This document shows positions 9,201 to 16,847 of a stretch of 32,000 nucleotides of DNA, in pieces (positions within the stretch are counted from its first letter, which is position 1; each line of letters opens with the position of its first letter). The DNA comes from Neisseria sp. DTU_2020_1000833_1_SI_GRL_NUU_006 (lineage in GTDB: Bacteria > Pseudomonadota > Gammaproteobacteria > Burkholderiales > Neisseriaceae). Both the position numbers and the translations under genes were made by a program. Where the stretch lies: the NCBI GenBank assembly GCA_032388755.1, contig CP135593.1, positions 476,530 through 508,529 on the forward strand, in the 5' to 3' direction. Under the pieces are notes generated by a model that saw only the letters and a list, made by a program, of their open reading frames with translations, ran no database searches and was not told where the DNA came from.

Positions 9201-10441
9201 CTCCCTCTCCCGTGGGAGAGGGCAAAGCGACCGCTCCGATTTCAGACGACCCCAAAACTCAAGGTCGTCTGAAATCACCTGCCAACCCTAACCCTGTCAG
9301 CGGCAACCGCCTCAAAGAATACAACGGCATCGAATACACCTACGACGCATTGGGCAACCTGATCTACCGCCAGCTGCCCGACGGTGAAAACCAATATTAC
9401 CAATACGATTTAGAAAACCAACTCGTCCGCGCCGAAATCAAAAAGCCCGCCGGCAATACCGAGATCTGGACATACGCCTACGACCCGTTCGGCAGACGCC
9501 TCTCCAAAGAACGCCAAGACAAACTTGCCTGGACGAGTACCGATCCGAAACGCACCCACTTCGTCTGGGACGGAACACGATTACTTCAGGAGTACACCTA
9601 CAAAGGCAGCTACACCTATATCTACACCGACCAAGACAGCTACGAACCGCTGGCGCAAGTCTTTGACAACGCCAAAGACGGCAAACAATACCTCGCCTAT
9701 TTCCACAACGACCAAATCGGCATACCGCGCGAGATGACCGACATCCACGGCAATCTCTTATGGTACGGCGAATACACCGCTTGGGGTCGTCTGAAAAAGG
9801 ATGAACGGGTTTACAAGAATGCGCATCAGCCGTTCAGATTGCAAAACCAATACTTCGATGAAGAGACCGGACTGCATTACAACCTGATGCGGTATTACGA
9901 GCCAGAGGCTGGGCGTTTCATTAACCAAGACCCGATTGGGTTGTTTGGTGGAGATAATTTATATTCATTTGGTAATCAAGTATTGGATTTTATCGATCCA
10001 CTTGGTTTAAAAATTTATGGCCATAGAAAAAACGGAACATTTAGGAAAAAACCTGGACCGAAATCCAAGAAGAAAAGCGCGGGTAAAGGGGAGTGTATCC
10101 AAAATAAAAAAGATGGTGATGCTCGCGAAGCCTTACATAAAAAAGACTTAGATGCCCAATATGGAGCTGACCGTATATTGAGTCAGAAACACTTGAGAAA
10201 TAAAAAGGGCGAAATTGTTAGAGATCCCGTAACAGGTGAGTCTCGTAAGCTTGATTTTGTTATAAAAGGAGCTGGTAAAAATGGTGGTGGGCATGCTCAG
10301 GAAGTAACTAGTTTGACTGCGTCTAAGACGGCACAACGTGCTAAAGAATTAAGGATTAGAAATTCTGGGGGTATTTATGTTAGAGATGGGACATCCCTAA
10401 TTAAAGTAGATGAATTATCTGAAATTATCCGATTGAAATAG
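6203..10441 (+). CDS. rhs: Rhs/YD-repeat T6SS effector with C-terminal polymorphic toxin
   Basis: 1412 aa. DUF6531-like segment (GNPVNAVLGIKVLFDDTETDF..PLVWQRSYYS). Many YD repeats (YxYDxxGN/RL). Rhs core end GLHYNLMRYYEPEAGRFINQDPIGLFGG...FIDPLGL, followed by an abrupt switch to an AT-rich tail. Divergent from the T6SS operon. Confidence 0.93.
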   Translation: MASFGNTFGVLIPKPAAPAMVSQGSANPPEPLTNAAGPVDVIEMVADVASTALSIVAPDSAAADAVDAISDLVSLASMIPGQPGPKPPSRKMVSGFSGGMGMGFDGGIVTSGHGHCIPCKVAAATNVGNPVNAVLGIKVLFDDTETDFAFDSPLPLVWQRSYYSDQIGNGWLGQGWSLPFSMRLVRTADGFLYIDEQGREIPLPDISDEADEPYSAADDDEDDLYEEEAAPRPASAEEDPYGLDDAYFDPYEQIFFSQISDDLYQIASPDGGARLLFAEVDSGCGIYQLVAQLDRNGRHIRLCYDDNGLPHSIYDGSGRHFRPVFSSIRLNDNDPDFDPAGERDVFVSEDERFYDNRLTSVIFNGKELVRYDYDGYGDLTAVYGRDGKKLRGFAYRNHIMVEHSQPDGLVSRYEYDRYDTDGKVLKSSNNLGEEWTFDYRKDHTVVTDALGRTEVYGFDENRELVYRIDADGQRSDSERDSYGRITVERDPLGRETRYLYDTEGNVIAITAPDGSSTQIDYHETLNLPVAVNDPAGRITAYTYDGRGNLVSITDPAGYTTSYGYNAQWLPETITDALGKTRHLHYDTLDQLVCFTDCTGETTRFGYTEYGDLETVTDALGHITRHHYDAAGNPVRTDYPDGSHETFEYDRLNRLTAYIDGLGAKTAYELAVDGLPLKRTNALGHTFAYAYDKARRLTVLTNENGETYRLDYDPTDNLIQETGWDGKITAYGYDAAGQLVQQTEYGQSHNEGRLKDRPETWHIHRFKRNILGQLIQKQSRKVSHKNGQSKDEGISRTRFDYDPITGNLTKARNRHSSVELAYDELDRLIGETTVHNGQSATVGYRYDPLGNRIRTILPDGRHIDYLYYGSGHLHQISLDGEVITDIERDKLHREIQRTQGSISSLYDYDPMGRLKSQRTVRSGTQTPRGKQNPLAGGAVNRRYAYDKAGNLIQSADQRSGVLHYVYDKIGRIQEARNSQTGRSETFAFDPAHNILDIPTSTPSPVGEGKATAPISDDPKTQGRLKSPANPNPVSGNRLKEYNGIEYTYDALGNLIYRQLPDGENQYYQYDLENQLVRAEIKKPAGNTEIWTYAYDPFGRRLSKERQDKLAWTSTDPKRTHFVWDGTRLLQEYTYKGSYTYIYTDQDSYEPLAQVFDNAKDGKQYLAYFHNDQIGIPREMTDIHGNLLWYGEYTAWGRLKKDERVYKNAHQPFRLQNQYFDEETGLHYNLMRYYEPEAGRFINQDPIGLFGGDNLYSFGNQVLDFIDPLGLKIYGHRKNGTFRKKPGPKSKKKSAGKGECIQNKKDGDAREALHKKDLDAQYGADRILSQKHLRNKKGEIVRDPVTGESRKLDFVIKGAGKNGGGHAQEVTSLTASKTAQRAKELRIRNSGGIYVRDGTSLIKVDELSEIIRLK
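10010..10441 (+). other. Rhs C-terminal toxin domain (family unassigned; possibly nuclease-like)
   Basis: The ~143 aa after DPLGL are lysine-rich and AT-rich. The segment ..GESRKLDFVIKGAGKNGGGHAQEVTS..K is loosely reminiscent of D...E.K restriction-endonuclease-fold toxins. A paralogue lies in orphan cassette 4. Confidence 0.4.
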
Positions 10442-10452
10442 AAAGGAAACTT

Positions 10453-10785
10453 ATGGAAGCAAATGATATAGTTTTATTTGATTTTGATGCATTTATTTCA
10501 GGAAGTAAAGATGTTGATTACCAAGAAGCAATAAAAAAAATGTCTTTGTCTTTGATGAAATTTTTAATAGAAAATGATTTGTTGGTAAATATAAATCCTT
10601 TTAATCAAGATGGATCAGTAAAAAATGATTTAATTATTAAGAAATCAAATTTAACGGATGAAGGTTTTCAATTATTCGTTAAACCAGTAAATAACTGGTG
10701 GAATGCTTTGGATAGGGGAACTCCTCCCGAGAAAGTTACTATTTTGGAGAATGGGTTGAAAAAAATTCGTGCTGTGAAAAAGTAA
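10453..10785 (+). CDS. Putative cognate immunity protein for the main Rhs toxin
   Basis: 110 aa, AT-rich, starting 12 nt after the rhs stop with an AAAGGA RBS. A paralogue follows the paralogous toxin at 19076-19399, with an identical C-terminal 40+ aa. Confidence 0.7.
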   Translation: MEANDIVLFDFDAFISGSKDVDYQEAIKKMSLSLMKFLIENDLLVNINPFNQDGSVKNDLIIKKSNLTDEGFQLFVKPVNNWWNALDRGTPPEKVTILENGLKKIRAVKK

Positions 10786-10791
10786 TTTTCT

Positions 10792-10976
10792 AGCAAGCCG
10801 TAGCCCGCACAAAACCTTCAGTCCTGACGTAGGGTGTGTGCGGTACACACGCACGCGGTTTCTGTTTTTCAGACGATCTCACTATCTTCTTTGAGGTCGT
10901 CTGAATCATTTGTTCTTTAACAATCTCATTAGCAGTTGACATAGAGGTCGTCTGAAAACGAACTTTCAGGCGACCT
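10792..10976 (+). repeat. Composite inter-cassette repeat, copy A
   Basis: AGCAAGCCGTAGCCCGCACAAAACCTTCAGTCCTGACGTAGGGTGTGTGCGG..., then DUS inverted pair 1 (10868-10905), CATTTGTTCTTTAACAATCTCATTA, then DUS inverted pair 2 (10944-10976). The same architecture recurs at 11621, 14426 and 17281, with partial copies at 18248 and 19409. Confidence 0.85.
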
Positions 10977-11194
10977 TCATCTTATTTCGTCAAAAATGTG
11001 CGCACGAAAGGGTTTTCATATCATACTGCTGCCTTTGAAATAGAATAAAAGGCGTATATAAAATCATGTAGGAAGGATGATTTCGGAAACCAAACGGCAG
11101 GGATTAATTTCTAGGAAACAGGCAGCAAGATTGCGTAGAATTATTGGTAAATGTTCCTAATTTTATTAATGTAAATATATTGGAAAGGGTTAAT

Positions 11195-11611
11195 ATGACC
11201 TACTTGATTAAGCCATATGAATCAATTGGTGATTTTGTATTTGGTACTTCTATTGAGGAAATACAAGAAAAATATGGAAAACCAGCAAGAATGGTTGAAG
11301 ATAATATTATGAATAATAAGGTGGAATATAGGAATGCTTGTGAGTTAGTTTATGAAAACGATAAATTGGTTTATGGATATTGCTTAAAAGATTCTAATCC
11401 CATATTAGGAGATATTGATATATTTAAAAATTCAATCGAAGACCTTAAAGCTATCGATTCAGAATTTATCGAAGGAAAAAAATATATTCTTTTTAAGAAT
11501 CTCGGGATTTGTATAGGAGGTATGACAGGAAAAAAAATTCCTGAAGGCAAGTTATTAATTGCATTTGATAAAAATCACTTTGATTTTTTTGAATGTTTTA
11601 TCGAGGTGTAA
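11195..11611 (+). CDS. Putative orphan immunity protein (no adjacent toxin)
   Basis: The likely start is MTYLIKPYESIGDF.. with a GAAAGGG RBS; the track ORF starts earlier, at 11144. It is small, AT-rich, embedded in the toxin/immunity array and followed by repeat copy B. Upstream is a 27-codon ORF (11077-11160) that could be a toxin 3' remnant. Confidence 0.45.
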   Translation: MTYLIKPYESIGDFVFGTSIEEIQEKYGKPARMVEDNIMNNKVEYRNACELVYENDKLVYGYCLKDSNPILGDIDIFKNSIEDLKAIDSEFIEGKKYILFKNLGICIGGMTGKKIPEGKLLIAFDKNHFDFFECFIEV

Positions 11612-11620
11612 TCGAACTGT

Positions 11621-11833
11621 AGTCAATGAAACTTCCAATTTCGATGTAGAGTAAGCCGCAGCCTACACAAAACCTTCAGTCCTGACGTAGGGGGTGTGCA
11701 GTACGCACGCACGCGGTTTCTGTTCAGACGACCTCAAAACCTTCTTTGAGGTCGTCTGAGCCATTTGTTCTTTAACAATCTCATTAACAGTAACATAGGG
11801 GTTGTCTGAAAACCGACTTTCAGACGACCTCTG
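11621..11833 (+). repeat. Composite inter-cassette repeat, copy B
   Basis: Same modules as copy A, with an extra degenerate ~39-bp subrepeat at its 5' end. Its terminal DUS (11818-11830) is also the first base block homologous to main rhs 6978-6990. Confidence 0.85.
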
Positions 11834-14214
11834 CCAAATCGCCTCCCCCGACGGCGGCGCACCGCCTCACCTCCGTCACCTTCAACGGTAAGGAACTGGT
11901 GCGCTACGACTACGACGGCTACGGCGATTTGACCGCCGTTTACGGACGCGACGGCAAAAAACTGCGCGGTTTCGCCTACCGCAACCACATTATGGTGGAA
12001 CACAGCCAGCCCGACGGACTGGTGTCCCGCTACGAATACGACCATTACGACACCGACGGCAAAGTGCTTAAAAGCAGCAACAACCTCGGCGAAGAATGGA
12101 CGTTCGACTACGATAAAGCCCGCCGTCTGACCGTCCTCACCAACGAAAACGGCGAAACCTACCGTCTCGATTACGACCCGACCGACAACTTGATCCAAGA
12201 AACCGGCTGGGACGGCAAAATCACCGCCTACGGCTACGATGCCGCCGGACAACTGGTTCAACAGACCGAATACGGCCAAAGTCATAATGAAGGCCGTCTG
12301 AAAGACCGTCCCGAGACTTGGCACATCCACCGATTCAAACGCAACATTCTCGGCCAACTGATCCAAAAACAAAGCCGCAAAGTGTCCCACAAAAACGGAC
12401 AAAGCAAAGACGAAGGCATCAGCCGCACCCGTTTCGACTACGACCCCATTACCGGCAACCTGACCAAAGCCCGCAACCGACACAGCAGCGTCGAACTTGC
12501 CTACGACGAACTCGACCGCCTCATCGGCGAAACCACCGTCCACAACGGCCAAAGTGCCACCGTAGGCTACCGATACGACCCGTTGGGCAACCGCATCCGC
12601 ACCATCCTGCCCGACGGCCGCCATATCGATTAATCGAACGCGACAAACTGCACCGCGAAATCCAAAGGACGCAGGGCAGCATCAGCAGCCTGTACGACTA
12701 CGACCCCATGGGCCGTCTGAAAAGCCAGCGTACCGTTTGGAGCGGCACACAAACGCATCACGGCAAACAAAACCCGCTGGCCGGCGGCGCCGTCAACCGC
12801 CGCTACGCCTACGACAAAGCCGGCAACCTGATTCAAAGCGCCGACCAAAGAAGCGGCGTCCTCCATTACGTCTACGACAAAATCGGACGGATTCAGGAAG
12901 CCCTCAACAGCCAAAGCGGCCGCAGCGAAACCTTCGCCTTCGACCCCGCCCACAACATCCTCGACATTCCAACATCTACTCCCTCTCCCGTGGGAGAGGG
13001 GCTGGGGAGAGGGCAAAACGACCGCCCCGATTTCAGACGACCTCCAAACTCAAGGTCGTCTGAAATCACCTGCCAACCCCAACCTTACCGGCGGCAACCG
13101 CCTCAAAGAATACAACGGTATCGAATACACCTACGACGCACTGGGCAACCTGATCTACCGCCAGCTGCCCAATGGTGAAAACCAATATTACCAATACGAT
13201 TTAGAAAACCAACTCGTCCGCGCCGAAATCAAAAAGCCCTCCGGCAACACCGAGATTTGGACATACGCCTACGACCCGTTCGGCAGAAGGCTTTCCAAAG
13301 AACGCCAAGACAAACTCGCCTGGACGAGTACCGACCCCAAACGCACCCACTTCGTCTGGGACGGAACGCGATTACTTCAGGAGTACACCTATAAAGGCAG
13401 CTACACCTATATCTATACCGACCAAGACAGCTACGAACCGTTGGCGCAAATCTTTGACAACGCCAAAGACGGCAAACAATACCTCAGCTATTTCCATACT
13501 GACCAAATCGGCATACCGCGCGAGATGACCGACATCCACGGCAATCTCTTATGGTACGGCGAATATACCGCCTGGGGTCGTCTGAAAAAGGGTGAGCGTG
13601 TTTATCAGAACGCACATCAGCCGTTTAGATTGCAAAACCAATACTTCGATGAAGAGACGGGGCTGCACTATAATTTCTTCCGTTACTATGAGCCAGACAC
13701 TGGTAGATTCATCAATCAGGACCCGATTGGGTTGTTGGGTGGGGATAATCTTTATGAATTTTCACCCAATATAAATAGTTGGTTTGATCCTTTAGGATTA
13801 AGTCCTAGAAATTTGCCAGGAATTGCATCAGGAAGTGGTAATTCAATTGGAAAAAAATGGTTGAAGGGTACACATGGAAATGCTGGTGTATTTCCTAAAT
13901 CTGTAGCAGATAAATTACGTGGTAAATCTTTTGATAGTTTTGATGATTTCCGAGCTGCCTTTTGGAAAGAAGTAGCAAAAGATCCAAAATTAGTTGAGGG
14001 TTTTTCGGAGACTAATAAGAAAAGGATGGCTCAGGGAAAAGCACCTAAAGCAGCCAAATGTCAACATGATGGTAAAGTAAGCTCGTATCAAATACATCAT
14101 AAAACTCCCATTAATCGTGGTGGTGGTGTTTATGATATGGATAATATGCTGATTGTTACACCAAAATTCCATAAAGAGATACTAGAACCGAAATACCATT
14201 TTGGAAGAGGATAG
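11818..14214 (+). pseudogene. Orphan rhs cassette 1: mosaic, multiply frameshifted rhs 3' fragment ending in a colicin-E-type HNH DNase toxin
   Basis: Homology blocks to main rhs: 6978-7021, then 7270-7520, then ~8273-8790 (apparently identical). A 61-nt deletion then creates RHID-TAA at 12631. A +1 change in the GGGGAGAGGG repeat (~12990-13010) shifts frame again. The open tail is ...WFDPLGL + ..SSYQIHHKTPINRGGGVYDMDNMLIVTPKFHKEI, the H-N-H motif as in colicin E9/pyocin DNases. No start codon or RBS at the 5' end. Confidence 0.85.
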
Positions 14215-14218
14215 CATT

Positions 14219-14437
14219 ATGTTAGATAGATTATATTTAATCAAACTGATTGATCAGTTAAGAAATTTTGAAGGTTCAGAAGAGGATGAAGATGTATTTC
14301 TTGAAAAATTAGAAAATTTGGTCACAGATCCAAATATATCAGATTATATATATTGGACAAACATGAGCTCTGAGGAAATAGCTGATAAAGTACTTAGTTA
14401 CAAACCTATTATCCTCCCTGATTTAAGCAAGCCGTAG
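14219..14437 (+). CDS. Colicin/pyocin DNase immunity protein (Im-type)
   Basis: 72 aa from an ATG 4 nt after the toxin stop. EEDEDVFLEKLENLVTDPNISDYIYWTN..SSEEIADKVL parallels Im7/Im9 (..EHPxGSDLIYYP..SPEGIV..). The last codons (SKP-stop) are supplied by the start of repeat copy C. Confidence 0.8.
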   Translation: MLDRLYLIKLIDQLRNFEGSEEDEDVFLEKLENLVTDPNISDYIYWTNMSSEEIADKVLSYKPIILPDLSKP

Positions 14438-14788
14438 CCTGCACAAAACCTTCAGTCCCGACGTAGGGTGTATGTGGAACGCACGCGGTTTCTGTTTTTC
14501 AGACGACCTCACTATCTTCTTTGAGGTCGTCTGAACCATTTGTTCTTTAACAATCTCGTTTCCGAAGCAAGCCGTAACCCGCATGAAACCTTCAGTCCCG
14601 ACGTAGCAAGCAGTAGCCCGCATGAAACCTCCAATCCCGATGTAGGGTGTGTGCGGAAAGCACGCACGTGGTTTTTGCTTTTCAGACGACCTCAATACTT
14701 TCTTTAAGGTCGTCTGAACCATTTGCTCTTTAACAATCTCATTAACAGTAACATAGAGGTCGTCTGAAAACCGACTTTCAGACGACCT
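14426..14788 (+). repeat. Composite inter-cassette repeat, copy C (tandemly duplicated)
   Basis: Two consecutive units (14426-~14540 and ~14553-14788). The second unit contains two ~39-bp subrepeats (GCAAGCCGTAACCCGCATGAAACCTTCAGTCCCGACGTAG / CAAGCAGTAGCCCGCATGAAACCTCCAATCCCGATGTAG). It ends in the DUS that begins cassette 2. Confidence 0.85.
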
Positions 14789-14796
14789 CTGCCAAA

Positions 14797-16821
14797 TTGC
14801 CTTCCCCGACGGCGGCACACGGCTGCTGTTTGCCGAAGTTGATTTTGGCTACAGCGACCGGCTGGGACGGCAAAATCACCGCCTACGGCTACGATGCCGC
14901 CGGACAACTGGTTCAACAGACCGAATACGGTCAAAGCACCGATAAAGACCGTCTGAAAGACCGTCCCGAGACGTGGTACATCCACCACTTCAAACGCAAC
15001 ATCCTCGGCCAACTGATCGAAAAACAAAGCCGCAAAGTCTCCGGCCGCAACGGACAAAGCAAAGACGAAGGTATCAGCCGCACCCGTTTCGACTACGACC
15101 CCATTACCGGCAACCTGACCAAAGCCCGAAACCACCACAGCAGCGTCGAACTCGCCTACGACGAACTCGACCGCCTCATCGGCGAAACCACCGTCCACAA
15201 CGGCCAAAGCGCCACCGTAGGCTACCGATACGACCCGTTGGGCAACCGCATCCGCACCATCCTGCCCGACGGCCGCCATATCGATTACCTGTACTACGGC
15301 AGCGGACACCTGCACCAAATCAGCCTCGACGGCGAAGTCATAACCGACATCGAACGCGACAAACTGCACCGAGAAATCCAAAGGACGCAGGGCAGCATCA
15401 GCAGCCTGTACGACTACGACCCCATGGGTCGTCTGAAAAGCCAGCGTACCGTCCGGAGCGGCACACAAACGCTTCACGGCAAACAAAACCCGCTGGCCGG
15501 CGGCGCCGTCAACCGCCGCTACGCCTACGACAAAGCCGGCAACCTGATTCAAAGCGCCGACCAAAGAAGCGGCGTCCTTAATTACGTTTACGACAAAATC
15601 GGACGCATTCAGGAAGCCCGCAACAGCCAAACCGGCCGCAGCGAAACCTTCGCCTTCGACCCCGCCCACAACATCCTCGACATCCCGACATCTACTCCCT
15701 CTCCCGTGGGAGAGGGTCGGGGAGAGGGCAAAACGACCGCCCCGATTTCAGACGACCTCCAAACTCAAGGTCGTCTGAAATCACCTGCCAACCCCAACCT
15801 TATCAGCGGAAACCGCCTCAAAGAATACAACGGCATCGAATACACCTACGACGCCTTGGGCAACCTGATCTACCGCCAGCTGCCTAATGGCGAAAACCAA
15901 TATTACCAATACGATTTAGAAAACCAGCTCGTCCGCGCCGAAATCAAAAAGCCCGCCGGCAATACTGAGATTTGGACATACGCCTACGACCCGTTCGGAC
16001 GACGCCTCTCCAAAGAGCGCCAAGACAAACTCGTCTGGACGAGTACCGATCCGAAACGCACCCACTTCGTTTGGGACGGCAGCCGCCTATTGCAGGAGTA
16101 CACCTACAAAGGCAGCTATACCTATATCTATACCGACCAAGACAGCTACGAACCCTTAGCCCAAGTCTTTCACAACAACCAAGACGAAGAACAATACCTC
16201 GCCTATTTCCACAACGACCAAATCGGCATTCCAAAAGAAATGACCGATATCCATGGTAATCTCTTATGGTACGGCGAATACACCGCCTGGGGTCGTCTGA
16301 AAAAGGACGGGCGGGTTTACAAGGATGCGCATCAGCCGTTCAGACTTCAAAACCAGTATTATGATTCTGAAACAGGACTCCACTATAACTATTTCCGCTA
16401 TTACGATTCAGACACAGGACGTTTTGTAAGCCAAGACGTGATAGGTTTGGTAGGAGGAGAAAATTTCTATCAATTTTCCCCCAATACACAAAGTTGGATT
16501 GATCCTTTAGGACTCAAAGAACTTTATTATCTTGTTGCAAGAAAAGATGGTTTTTACCCTGTAATGGAATGGGGTAAACGTAAGCCTGTGGGTAAGATAT
16601 GGTTGAAAAAAGGAGATATTTGGAAAATTGGGGAAACAAAAAATATTGTAAAAGGTGTTCAGCGTCGGTATTCTCAAAAATGGTTAGATAGAAATAATTT
16701 AAAATATATAAGAGTCATGAAGGGACCTAAGAAGGCTATGCAACGTTGGGAAAGGTTGAAAATTATTAAATATATTAAGAGAAGGGGTAAATTACCAGCG
16801 GGAAATAAATGTAAGCATTAG
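14797..16821 (+). CDS. Orphan rhs cassette 2: uninterrupted 674-codon rhs 3' fragment with a novel ~100-aa C-terminal toxin
   Basis: Rhs homology starts at 14776 (DUS plus a leader matching main 6978-~7055, out of frame), then joins main ~8364 onward. The frame is open through the core end ..WIDPLGL, followed by KELYYLVARKDGFYPVMEWGKRKPVGKIWLKKGDIWKIGET..RRYSQ..WERLKIIKYIKRRGKLPAGNKCKH. The track start is only a TTG without an RBS, so independent expression is doubtful. Confidence 0.7.
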   Translation: MPSPTAAHGCCLPKLILATATGWDGKITAYGYDAAGQLVQQTEYGQSTDKDRLKDRPETWYIHHFKRNILGQLIEKQSRKVSGRNGQSKDEGISRTRFDYDPITGNLTKARNHHSSVELAYDELDRLIGETTVHNGQSATVGYRYDPLGNRIRTILPDGRHIDYLYYGSGHLHQISLDGEVITDIERDKLHREIQRTQGSISSLYDYDPMGRLKSQRTVRSGTQTLHGKQNPLAGGAVNRRYAYDKAGNLIQSADQRSGVLNYVYDKIGRIQEARNSQTGRSETFAFDPAHNILDIPTSTPSPVGEGRGEGKTTAPISDDLQTQGRLKSPANPNLISGNRLKEYNGIEYTYDALGNLIYRQLPNGENQYYQYDLENQLVRAEIKKPAGNTEIWTYAYDPFGRRLSKERQDKLVWTSTDPKRTHFVWDGSRLLQEYTYKGSYTYIYTDQDSYEPLAQVFHNNQDEEQYLAYFHNDQIGIPKEMTDIHGNLLWYGEYTAWGRLKKDGRVYKDAHQPFRLQNQYYDSETGLHYNYFRYYDSDTGRFVSQDVIGLVGGENFYQFSPNTQSWIDPLGLKELYYLVARKDGFYPVMEWGKRKPVGKIWLKKGDIWKIGETKNIVKGVQRRYSQKWLDRNNLKYIRVMKGPKKAMQRWERLKIIKYIKRRGKLPAGNKCKH

Positions 16822-16847
16822 TTTTATTTTGTTTTTAAGATAAGGAG

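Noticed and set aside
7025-9291. Long ORFs antisense to or out of frame with rhs (7025-7903 -, 7949-9175 -, 7903-8307 +, 8479-9291 +), and their copies in the orphans (11734-12624 -, 14704-15669 -, 14973-15581 +)
   Set aside because: Their products are low-complexity (Val/Ala/Gly-rich or Pro/Arg-rich). This is typical of alternative frames of GC-rich YD-repeat DNA, and the Rhs frame explains the sequence.
6203-10441. Assignment of the large toxin to the neisserial MafB or TpsA/CdiA families
   Set aside because: The protein has YD repeats, a DUF6531-like block and the Rhs core DPxGL end. It has no MafB-type N-terminus and no TPS/FHA repeats, and it is linked to a T6SS.
10936-10941. TTGACA in repeat copies A and D as a promoter driving the orphan cassettes
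   Set aside because: There is no acceptable -10 at 16-18 nt (CGAACT/CCAACT), the hexamer is absent from copies B and C, and it is followed by a DUS hairpin.
12318-13178. The 286-aa ORF as a real gene
   Set aside because: It is a chimera. Its first third is a wrong-frame Pro/Arg-rich read of the rhs core, its middle is the true Rhs frame after the 61-nt deletion, and its end is wrong-frame again after the +1 shift.
14423-14818. Minus-strand ORFs spanning the composite repeats (14423-14818, 17144-17431, 10672-10854, 19420-19782)
   Set aside because: They run through DUS hairpins and repeat modules and have no RBS. Their similarity to one another simply reflects the repeat.
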